From Candidatus Omnitrophota bacterium (lineage in GTDB: Bacteria; Omnitrophota; Gorgyraeia; Zapsychrales; Fredricksoniimonadaceae), in assembly GCA_030650275.1 (NCBI GenBank), contig JAUSEK010000015.1, forward strand, positions 3,834 to 67,833: a stretch of DNA of 64,000 nt. Direction: 5' to 3'. The position numbers were made by a program, and so were the translations under genes. This document shows, piece by piece, positions 48,369-55,890 of this stretch. The first letter of the stretch is position 1; each line of letters begins with the position of its first letter. The notes below the pieces were generated by a model that was not told the origin of the DNA, made no database searches, and was given only the letters and a program-made list of their open reading frames with translations.

Positions 48369-48612
48369 GTTGATTCTGTCGTTTTGGCTCATTAGTTTTT
48401 GCTATTTTTTGGATAAAGGATTGTCAATAACTGAAGTATAACACATTATATATAAGCGGCAAATTTTTGCAAAATTTTTTACGCATTTATTTGCTTATAT
48501 TGCAATAGGTTACGTCTTTTCTCCAAAATTTTTTAAATATATTCCAAAACTTTGTTCTTATAAGTAATAAAAATATTAAGAAAGCGTTTTCTTTGTGAGC
48601 ACATGACTTACG

Positions 48613-48684
48613 GGAATTATGGGGACACAATACTTAATTCAGCGATCAAAGCCTAGGAATTAAGCATTATGCCCCCATAATTCC
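48613..48684. promoter_or_regulatory. 12-bp perfect inverted repeat GGAATTATGGGG / CCCCATAATTCC (48613-48624 and 48673-48684, 48-nt spacer) in the divergent control region. It is a candidate operator, for example for AbiEi autoregulation.
   Basis: Seen directly in the sequence. AbiEi antitoxins are known to autorepress via inverted repeats in their promoter, which is established knowledge. Confidence 0.4.
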
Positions 48685-48770
48685 AGAATGGAAATTATCA
48701 GAATGGAAACTTATGTGTGGAATTCAGATTGGAAATTACAAGAATGGAAGAAATATTGCTTGAATGGGGC
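48684..48770. repeat. Iteron-like direct repeats of (C)AGAATGGAA(A) at 48684-48694, 48699-48709 and 48741-48750, with variants GATTGGAAATTA at 48727 and TGAATGGGG at 48761.
   Basis: Seen directly in the sequence, upstream of abiEi. Confidence 0.45.
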
Positions 48771-48816
48771 TGTTCTGAATGAAGTGGCTATCATCGGATC
48801 ATATCTTAAATTATTG

Positions 48817-48845
48817 TTGCAATAATTTAACATTTATGTTATTAT
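48817..48845 (+). promoter_or_regulatory. Candidate sigma70-type promoter for abiEi: TTGCAA (48817-48822), a 17-nt spacer, then TATTAT (48840-48845). This would give a near-leaderless transcript.
   Basis: Hexamer match by eye only; no other support. Confidence 0.3.
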
Positions 48846-48851
48846 TTTGAT

Positions 48852-49490
48852 ATGGAATTCAATGAGTTTCTCAAAAAATACCAAAACCTGCCGCTTTTAA
48901 ATACTGATCTCCTTTTGACCGGAGAAACGGATCCCCGCTTATTACGGGTCCAGCTGTCGCGTTGGGTCAAAGCAGGGCATCTCTTTCGATTGAAACGGGG
49001 AGTCTATGCTTTTGCGCCGCACTTTCAAAAAATTCTCCCTTCGCCCTATCTGATCGCTTCAGTCCTGACCCGGCCATCCTATGTGAGCCTGGAAAAAGCC
49101 CTAGAATTCCATGGGCTCATTCCGGAGGCGGTTTTTACGGTCACATGTGTGACCACCAAAAGGCCGGGCCGGTTTGAAACACCGCTGGGGAGGTTCAGCT
49201 ACAATCACGTCCGGCCGCAATTGTTCTGGGGGTATGCTTCAGTCCTGCTTGAGGACCAGTCCGGATCCATGGCCCATCCGGAAAAAGCGCTTCTGGACCT
49301 TATTTATTTAAAGGCGCCGCGACTGACCAAAAATTATCTGGAGGGGCTGCGGCTGCAAAATTTTGAAAAGATCAACGCCGGTAGGCTGCTGGAATACGGC
49401 CGCAGGTTCAAGAAACCGCGCATGCTTCACGCGGCCGGGATGATCATCGCATATATGAAAAAAACGGCATCCACGGAGAAAAAACTATGA
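48852..49490 (+). CDS. abiEi: AbiEi-family antitoxin/transcriptional regulator (type IV toxin-antitoxin), with an N-terminal AbiEi_4-type winged HTH.
   Basis: The 212-aa product MEFNEFLKKYQNLPLLNTDLLLTGETDPRLLRVQLSRWVKAGHLFRLKRGVYAF… matches the AbiEi N-terminal domain pattern. Its stop overlaps the next gene's start by 4 bp (ATGA at 49487-49490), as is usual for AbiE operons. Confidence 0.75.
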   Translation: MEFNEFLKKYQNLPLLNTDLLLTGETDPRLLRVQLSRWVKAGHLFRLKRGVYAFAPHFQKILPSPYLIASVLTRPSYVSLEKALEFHGLIPEAVFTVTCVTTKRPGRFETPLGRFSYNHVRPQLFWGYASVLLEDQSGSMAHPEKALLDLIYLKAPRLTKNYLEGLRLQNFEKINAGRLLEYGRRFKKPRMLHAAGMIIAYMKKTASTEKKL

Positions 49491-50290
49491 AAGACCATTG
49501 TCTGGAGCTCGCCCGGCAACAGTCCGGTCCTTCCGAAAAATATAATGTCCTGCGGGAATACACGCAGGCCTATGTTCTCAACATCATGCAGGAGGCGGGG
49601 GCGCTGCGGTCTTGCGTGTTCGTCGGCGGAACGGCACTGCGCTTTCTGTATGATCTTCCGCGCTTTTCAGAAGACCTGGACTTCTGTGCGGTCGGCCCAT
49701 ACGATCTTGTGTTCGCTGACCTCCTGGGCAAGATCAAACAGGAGCTGGTCCTGGCCGGCTATGAGGTCAGCGTCACCTACAGCGACGATAAAACCGTTCA
49801 TTCGGCGTTTATCAAATTTGAAGGGCTGTTGTTCGAGGCCGGGCTTTCACGCTTAAAGAGCGAAAAATTCTCCATCAAGATCGAGATCGATACCAGGCCG
49901 CCCGGCGGCGCGGTCGTTGTGACAAGGGTCATCAATAAATTCTTCCCCATGGCGTTTTTAACGTATGACCTGCCGTCGTTGTTCGCCGGAAAGATGCACG
50001 CCGTCCTGAGCCGCAAATACGTCAAAGGACGGGATTATTACGATATCGCGTGGTATCTGTCTAAGCGCAAAGACCTGCTACCCAATCTTGCCCTGCTTTC
50101 CGCCGCGCTGGAACAAACGGGCTGGAAAGGACCGGCCGTGACCGGGGAAAACTGGCGGTCCGTTCTTGCGGCGCGGGTTGAACAAACGGATTGGAAGATC
50201 GTGGACCAGGACGTCAACAATTTCCTCGAGCGGCCAGAAGACCTGAAGGTGTTGACGAAAGAGAATGTTCTTCGATTGCTCGCAGAATAG
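49487..50290 (+). CDS. abiEii: AbiEii/AbiGii-family nucleotidyltransferase toxin (DUF1814).
   Basis: The 267-aa product has the characteristic motif block …VFVGGTALRFLYDLPRFSEDLDFC… of AbiEii toxins. It is translationally coupled to the preceding antitoxin gene. Confidence 0.8.
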   Translation: MKDHCLELARQQSGPSEKYNVLREYTQAYVLNIMQEAGALRSCVFVGGTALRFLYDLPRFSEDLDFCAVGPYDLVFADLLGKIKQELVLAGYEVSVTYSDDKTVHSAFIKFEGLLFEAGLSRLKSEKFSIKIEIDTRPPGGAVVVTRVINKFFPMAFLTYDLPSLFAGKMHAVLSRKYVKGRDYYDIAWYLSKRKDLLPNLALLSAALEQTGWKGPAVTGENWRSVLAARVEQTDWKIVDQDVNNFLERPEDLKVLTKENVLRLLAE

Positions 50291-50307
50291 GACGCTGTCT
50301 CTGTTTA

Positions 50308-51228
50308 TTATTTCCCGGCGCCCAAGGCCTGCAGGGGGTTATTTTGGATGAAATCAAGGAAAATAGGGCCAGCCACTAAAATAGCCACCACCGGGAAGAT
50401 AAAGAACAGGAGGGGAATAAGCATTTTCAAAGGGGCTTTTAAGGCCACGGTCTCCCCGCGCCTGAAACGGGCCTCGCGCATATCTTCGGAAAGGATGTTG
50501 AGGGCCTCGCTCACCGAGGTCCCCATGCGGTCGGCCTGAATGAGGGTGCGGGAAAAGGTGGAGAGATCCGGCATCTCATATTTGCGGGCCATGTCGCGCA
50601 AGGCGTCGCGCCGCGGCTTGCCCACGTTGATCTCCTGCATCATGCTTTTCAATTCCTCAATGATCACCGAACCGTGGGACTTTTCCACCACGTATTTGAG
50701 CGCCATCATGAAATCCAGTCCCGCGTTGACGCAAAGCCCCAGCAAGTCCACCGTATCCGGCAATTCGCGCAAAATCGTGTCCCTGACTTTCTTGATGCGC
50801 GCCTTCAGCCACAACTCGGGAAGCATATATCCGGCCGCGATGCTCATCAGAACAGAAAACAGCAGGATCTCCTTGCCGACGTAGGACACGCTGGTCCACA
50901 AAAAAATGAGGACCAGGATCTCCTTGATCAAAAAGAATTCCTCGACGGAAATAGCGGTCCTGCTCATTCCTAAGTCCGTGGCCATGCGCCTGCCCAAAGG
51001 CAAAACAGCCAACGGCTTATTAAAAAAAGCCAATTTGCTGATCATGCTAAAAATGAGCTGCAGCGGCTTTTTTTTCTTCGGCTTGACCGTAACAGGCGGC
51101 TCCATGCCTTCAACGGTGAAACTGCCAACGGGGTTTAATTTCAATGTCGGGCGGCCCTTGACAGGCATCAAAGCCAGGGCCAGGGCAAAGACGGCAAAAA
51201 AGGCGAACATCAGTGACAAGACGAGCAT
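50308..51228 (-). CDS. tadC: Tad/Flp pilus assembly inner-membrane protein, TadC-like (T2SS F-domain family).
   Basis: The 306-aa product has an N-terminal TM helix, a cytoplasmic T2SSF-type domain (…ELPDTVDLLGLCVNAGLDFMMALKYV…) and C-terminal TM helices. Confidence 0.7.
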   Translation of the reverse strand: MLVLSLMFAFFAVFALALALMPVKGRPTLKLNPVGSFTVEGMEPPVTVKPKKKKPLQLIFSMISKLAFFNKPLAVLPLGRRMATDLGMSRTAISVEEFFLIKEILVLIFLWTSVSYVGKEILLFSVLMSIAAGYMLPELWLKARIKKVRDTILRELPDTVDLLGLCVNAGLDFMMALKYVVEKSHGSVIIEELKSMMQEINVGKPRRDALRDMARKYEMPDLSTFSRTLIQADRMGTSVSEALNILSEDMREARFRRGETVALKAPLKMLIPLLFFIFPVVAILVAGPIFLDFIQNNPLQALGAGK

Positions 51229-51250
51229 GGCTATCTCCCGGTAATTGTCA

Positions 51251-51317
51251 TTCCCGAATGCTTCTGTCGGGAATCCAGTGCATTAGTGTCTGGACCCCCG
51301 ACAAATACATTCGGGGG
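51251..51317. repeat. Two related 23-nt hairpin elements in opposite orientation between tadB and tadC: TTCCCGAATGCTTCTGTCGGGAA (51251-51273) and CCCCCGACAAATACATTCGGGGG (51295-51317).
   Basis: Seen directly in the sequence. Each element has 7-bp G/C-rich stems. Together they form a larger imperfect inverted repeat. Confidence 0.45.
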
Positions 51318-51331
51318 TGACAGCGCTAATA

Positions 51332-52186
51332 TTAAATGTCCTTGAACGTTGATATCTTCAAAATACTCAACGCCCCCACCACCCACAAAACCAGACAGAG
51401 GGCCACCAATTTCTGTCCGTCGGGGGTGTGGAGCATGGGGTCAAAAAATTTGGGATTGGTCGCCGAAACGCCGAAGACGAAAACCACCGGCAACCCGGTC
51501 ATGACCGCGGCCTGGATCTTGCCCTGCACGGTCAGGGTCTGGAGATTCTGCTCGATCTTCCTGCGTTCGCGTATGGTGGTGACGATGCGCGAAAAAATGA
51601 GCGGCAAATTTCCGCCGGTCTCGCGCGCTAATAAAATGGCGGTGATCATCTGCTGAAGGCCGGGGGAGGGCATGCGCTGGTAGAGCCGGTTGAGCGACTC
51701 GTCGAGCGCAACGCCCATTTTATTCTCGCCGAGCACGATGCCGAATTCCTGCCTGATGGGCTCCGGCATTTCCTCCGTGACCGCCTCAACCGCCTGGATC
51801 AAGCTCAAGCCCCCGCGAAAAGAACTGGACATGATCATCAGCGCGTCCATCAATTGATCGTTGAATTTCGCTTTGCGGTCCCTGATGATCTTCGCGACAT
51901 ACAGCCGCGGGATAATGGCCCCCAGCGCGATCCCGACAAAGATCCCGAATACCCGCGCGTCATGAAAAAAAACAAACCCCGCCAGACCAAGGGCGGCCGG
52001 CGCGATGATCTGCAGGCGGTAGGCCTTTTGAAAATCCCGGCCCTGCAAATGAACGTCAACCTTTAAAGCAAGGTCCTTGGCGTTCTTTTCATTCATTTCC
52101 CTGGTCTTGGCAATGACCACGGGAACAAGGGTATAAGACAGCACGCCGGCACAAATGAAAAACAAAAACAAGGTCATTTCAAACAT
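51332..52186 (-). CDS. tadB: Tad/Flp pilus assembly inner-membrane protein, TadB-like (T2SS F-domain family).
   Basis: The 284-aa product has an N-terminal TM helix, a T2SSF domain (…LIQAVEAVTEEMPEPIRQEFGIVLGENKMGVALDESLNRLYQRMPSPGLQQMI…) and C-terminal TM helices. Confidence 0.7.
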   Translation of the reverse strand: MFEMTLFLFFICAGVLSYTLVPVVIAKTREMNEKNAKDLALKVDVHLQGRDFQKAYRLQIIAPAALGLAGFVFFHDARVFGIFVGIALGAIIPRLYVAKIIRDRKAKFNDQLMDALMIMSSSFRGGLSLIQAVEAVTEEMPEPIRQEFGIVLGENKMGVALDESLNRLYQRMPSPGLQQMITAILLARETGGNLPLIFSRIVTTIRERRKIEQNLQTLTVQGKIQAAVMTGLPVVFVFGVSATNPKFFDPMLHTPDGQKLVALCLVLWVVGALSILKISTFKDI

Positions 52187-52215
52187 GATACCGCGCTCCT
52201 AAACATGTGTTTTCA

Positions 52216-52569
52216 TCAGTAATACGGGTCGCTGTTGGGTTCGCGACAATTGCCGGAACATCCCTGGATAATGCCCGCTTCACACGCGGCAACATCAACA
52301 GCCGTGACGCAGGCGCGACGGCCGTTGTCGAAACAACGCTCATCATACCATGTCCTTGTGGCCGTATCGTGGGCGCACTCAACGGTGCGTTTGGGATCGT
52401 ATTGCCGGCCGAACGCAAAAGAATCGCCGGCGGTTTTCCATCGTCCGTAAAAGGCGCGCACAATAGGGCCTTTCATCCAAAACAGCGCCGCTAAAATGAT
52501 CGCGATCAAAAGCGCGTATTCAATGACGGCGCGACCGCGATTTCTAGCGACCCAGTGTGTTCTCATCAA
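52216..52569 (-). CDS. TadE-like pseudopilin with a class III (Tad-type) prepilin signal (…RGRAVIEYALLIAIILAALF…).
   Basis: 117 aa with an N-terminal G/xxxEY-type leader and a hydrophobic helix. Confidence 0.55.
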   Translation of the reverse strand: MMRTHWVARNRGRAVIEYALLIAIILAALFWMKGPIVRAFYGRWKTAGDSFAFGRQYDPKRTVECAHDTATRTWYDERCFDNGRRACVTAVDVAACEAGIIQGCSGNCREPNSDPYY

Positions 52570-55500
52570 AGGCTCCGGCAGGGCAGGGGACGAATTTGAC
52601 TTCCATGTGATTCGTCGACCGGTTGCCTGTATACACGGCGCATACCGTGGTCTTGGTCCCCTGGCTCAATAATGAATCCACCGTGGCCCAGCAACTCGCG
52701 GGGATCGTATTGAAGGGATCGCTGCCAACAGTATTGAGCATGAACGCCTGCCCGACCGATTGTTGGTCCGCCGCGGTCCCGCTGTTGATAACATAATTTC
52801 CCGCAATACCCAAACCCTGTCTCTGGCAGGCGGACAGCCCGGCGGCCGATCCCGGCACTGTGCCGGGTTTGCCAAAATGAAAATTCCACACCGGAACCGT
52901 ATTATTGAACGTCGTTGTCGCCGGGCGTTCTTCATCCCAGCGGGTGACGCGCGTCAGGACCCGGCCGTCGTAATCTTTTAACTCGGAGTGTTGTCTCGTC
53001 CACAAAAACCCGTCGGTGTCTACTTCAATATGCGGCAGATTGTCACGGTTGCCCGTGCCATACTCGCACATGCCCGCCACCGGGCATTTGCCAGGCCCCA
53101 TGCCTTCGGCCCGGACCATATGCCAATGCTGTGCCCTTGACGGATTTTTGGGATCAACGGGGCTTTGCCAGCCATACACAAGAAAATTAGGCATCTTGTC
53201 AAGATACAGCTGATAGTCCTGAAGGACAAGGAACAAAGACGGCACCGGCCGCTGGTCCGGATCGATCGTTCCGTCGGCAAGCATGGTCCCATACAGAAAA
53301 TTATCCAGCATCATCTTGCCGTGAGCGACCGTTCCCAGCGCCGCTTTGGTATTGCCCTTGATCGTTCTTAAATGTTCCTTCCTGGCCGTGAATTGCGCCG
53401 ACTGCGGCCCGGACAGATCATAGCTGTCATCCACCCATTTCTTATACAGCGATGGGGTCGCGCATGGGTCAAAGGCGGGCACGGGGCAATTTTGTGGCTG
53501 TTCAGGAGGAGCGGGTTCGCACACCAAAGACCGCGGCAATTCTTGGCAGACCGCCGGCAATGACGGGCACAGAACGCCCGACACGCTGCTTGCGCATGCC
53601 TGAAGATCGGCAAGACTATTCTGCTTGGCCGTTTCGCACGCAGAGATCTGTGCCTGGGTGCCGGTGCATATCTGGGCGGACACATCGGCAATTTGTTGTG
53701 CGATCCCGTTAAGTACCGCGGCCTTGGCGCTTGCGTCGCATGGATCAAACGAGGCGGCACAGCTGGGCGTCGCACAAGACAGGGCATCCAAAGCATCCTT
53801 GCATGTCTTGAAACGAACATCATTGGTTGAATTCCAGTCCAGGCATGCGATGACGCTGTTCAGCGATCCCCACGGGTTGCCTTTGAATTGGCCGGGGTTG
53901 GAATAGCAGCCGGGACAGGTGTCAAAGGTTTTGGTATAATCAATCTCATCGGGGGTCATTTGCGCATATTGAGGGTCGCTCTCACGCGGCATGCACCAGG
54001 CATTGAACTGCGGAAAAACATACGGTGTTATACCAAGGAACAGTCCCCTGTCGTGATAATCCTTCAAAAGATCATCCGTGGTCACGTCATCCTCGTCGCT
54101 GTTGAGCCAGGCCGTCAATGTCAGCCGCCAGGCCGTCAACCTGTTCTCAAATCGATACAAAACCCCGCCGCCCTCCTGGCAGATCAGGGCATTGCTGCCG
54201 TCGCATTCGGGGCCGATCCACACCGCGGCTTCCGGATACCATTCCTTCAAATTGGCCCTCAAAGTGTCATCATCCTGCGCTAAAAGCAGTTTGGCCCAGG
54301 CGTAGAACCCTTTCAGGGAATAAACGATGTCGTCCATCGGGTCTTCCGGCCAGTCCGCGGCTGTGGCCGGCGTGCACTTGGGGCAGGAAGTTCTGGTGCA
54401 GGCGTTTCTGGGACATTCATTATACGGCCATGTGGTGGAACAATACTGGTCTGCCCCTTCTCTCCACCAGAACCCGTTCGGGTCAAGACCGGGCTTATCC
54501 GCACAAAAGGGGGCCCGTGAGCAGAGCGGACTATCCGGGTTCACGCAATCTGGGTCATTTGGGTCCGGGCCCACCGCATGAAAAATTTGAGAGATCTTAA
54601 CCTTATCCGGCCTGCGATAGTCCCTGACACCGCCGGGGCCCGGGATCCTTAGGCCATCGCCGGTATTGCGCATGTCACCCATGTCCCAGAACAGGGAAAA
54701 TATGCCTTTGGCCTCAGCTTGGCGATCCTTGAACACTTTCTTTTCTACGTCAACCCCGAACGTGGCCAGAAAACTTGTGCCGCCGGAATATTTCGGATAG
54801 GTGGGGTCATAAATAAACGGAAAGGATGGGTCCGCTGCCGCGCATTGGGCCGGCACGGTAAGCAGACAACTGGCGGGCCGCAGGCGCTTGCCGTTGAAGG
54901 TCAGGGGCACACAGCACTTGTTGCAATGCGGATCACTGTTGGGCGTGCCATCCGGATTTTTCGGGCAGGCCTCTGTTATTTCTCCCAGCAAGGTGCCTAA
55001 CCCATCCAGGAAAACGGTAAGGTCCATGCCTGACATCGCTCTTTTAAGGGCTTTCAGGCGTTCGGTATAAAAAAATCCATACCGGCCGATCTTATCGTCG
55101 GAAGCGGGCCCGAATTTCCCGTTGGTATTGATGTCAAAATAATCAATGATCTTGCCCTGGTCCGAGACCAAACTTTGCGCGCCGGCGGACAAGCCCTGTT
55201 CCAAAAACCGGTCCTTGAGGGGCAATTTGGTATGCATTTGGTTGAAGGCCTTCACGGTCTTCACATCATTATAGACCGTGATCAGTGTGGCGGCCGCTCC
55301 CCCTATGGCTAAAGTGATCATGACGGCCGCAAGATGGGTGCCGGCCCCGGCTGTAAAATATATAATAAGGGCGGCGGCAATGAAGCTAAGAGCAACGACA
55401 ACCCAGCGCGCGAAACCGGACTTTTCAAAGCCCCCGCCCAGCGAGCTTTGGATCAGGGACTCGCCATAACTGGCAATGCCCGAAACAGTGTTGGCGGCCG

Positions 55501-55642
55501 CATTGGTGGCTGCCGTGGTCGTCATGTTCTTGATCTGCGACACGCGTCCCCAGTTGAGCGTGACGGCAAAAAAGATGAGCGCGATGGCGGCCAGTAAAAT
55601 AAGAACGAGGGCGGCTTGCCCTTTATAATTTTTCATAGTCAC
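52544..55642 (-). CDS. Large (about 1030 aa) Cys-rich TadE/TadG-like pilus-associated protein. The likely start is ATG at 55636 (MKNYKGQAALVLILLAAIALIFF…); the track start at 55642 is a GTG.
   Basis: The N-terminus has a Tad-type prepilin-like leader plus a hydrophobic helix. The remainder is an extracellular Cys/Pro/Asp/Trp-rich domain (…CNKCCVPLTF…, …CPRNACTRTSCPKCTP…). Confidence 0.6.
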   Translation of the reverse strand: MTMKNYKGQAALVLILLAAIALIFFAVTLNWGRVSQIKNMTTTAATNAAANTVSGIASYGESLIQSSLGGGFEKSGFARWVVVALSFIAAALIIYFTAGAGTHLAAVMITLAIGGAAATLITVYNDVKTVKAFNQMHTKLPLKDRFLEQGLSAGAQSLVSDQGKIIDYFDINTNGKFGPASDDKIGRYGFFYTERLKALKRAMSGMDLTVFLDGLGTLLGEITEACPKNPDGTPNSDPHCNKCCVPLTFNGKRLRPASCLLTVPAQCAAADPSFPFIYDPTYPKYSGGTSFLATFGVDVEKKVFKDRQAEAKGIFSLFWDMGDMRNTGDGLRIPGPGGVRDYRRPDKVKISQIFHAVGPDPNDPDCVNPDSPLCSRAPFCADKPGLDPNGFWWREGADQYCSTTWPYNECPRNACTRTSCPKCTPATAADWPEDPMDDIVYSLKGFYAWAKLLLAQDDDTLRANLKEWYPEAAVWIGPECDGSNALICQEGGGVLYRFENRLTAWRLTLTAWLNSDEDDVTTDDLLKDYHDRGLFLGITPYVFPQFNAWCMPRESDPQYAQMTPDEIDYTKTFDTCPGCYSNPGQFKGNPWGSLNSVIACLDWNSTNDVRFKTCKDALDALSCATPSCAASFDPCDASAKAAVLNGIAQQIADVSAQICTGTQAQISACETAKQNSLADLQACASSVSGVLCPSLPAVCQELPRSLVCEPAPPEQPQNCPVPAFDPCATPSLYKKWVDDSYDLSGPQSAQFTARKEHLRTIKGNTKAALGTVAHGKMMLDNFLYGTMLADGTIDPDQRPVPSLFLVLQDYQLYLDKMPNFLVYGWQSPVDPKNPSRAQHWHMVRAEGMGPGKCPVAGMCEYGTGNRDNLPHIEVDTDGFLWTRQHSELKDYDGRVLTRVTRWDEERPATTTFNNTVPVWNFHFGKPGTVPGSAAGLSACQRQGLGIAGNYVINSGTAADQQSVGQAFMLNTVGSDPFNTIPASCWATVDSLLSQGTKTTVCAVYTGNRSTNHMEVKFVPCPAGAFDENTLGR

Positions 55643-55890
55643 TGCCCCAGATCCACCCCGGGAGAAGCGTTGATCCTCGAGGGGTGATAAGCGTTCGATT
55701 GCAACCGTTCCAGGTTCCCCGTGGTGATCGCTGTGTTAAAAGAAGCATCGTATGCGTACTGACGCTTGGCCACGTCCATACCGACCCAGCGGAACACCTG
55801 GACCATGCCGTAAAGCAAAAACATGGCCGCGATCATGGCGAACACGAATTCAATAGTAGACTGCCCGTTGAATTTCCTCCCCCTTGTCAT
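55639..55890 (-). CDS. TadE-like pseudopilin, 83 aa if started at ATG 55890 (MTRGRKFNGQSTIEFVFAMIAAMFLLYG…). The longer track ORF to 56040 overlaps the upstream gene.
   Basis: It carries the GQSTIEF class III signal. It has ATGA-type overlaps with both neighbours at 55887-55890 and 55639-55642. Confidence 0.55.
   Translation of the reverse strand: MTRGRKFNGQSTIEFVFAMIAAMFLLYGMVQVFRWVGMDVAKRQYAYDASFNTAITTGNLERLQSNAYHPSRINASPGVDLGQ

Noticed and set aside
48400-48850. Looked for a tRNA, small RNA or CRISPR repeats in the AT-rich spacer.
   Set aside because: There is no cloverleaf-compatible sequence and no regularly spaced identical repeats. The repeats present are short operator- or iteron-like motifs.
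52179-52463. 94-aa minus-strand ORF (frame 2) overlapping the TadE-like gene at 52216-52569.
   Set aside because: It overlaps almost completely with a better-supported pseudopilin gene in another frame. It has no class III signal or other recognisable motif.
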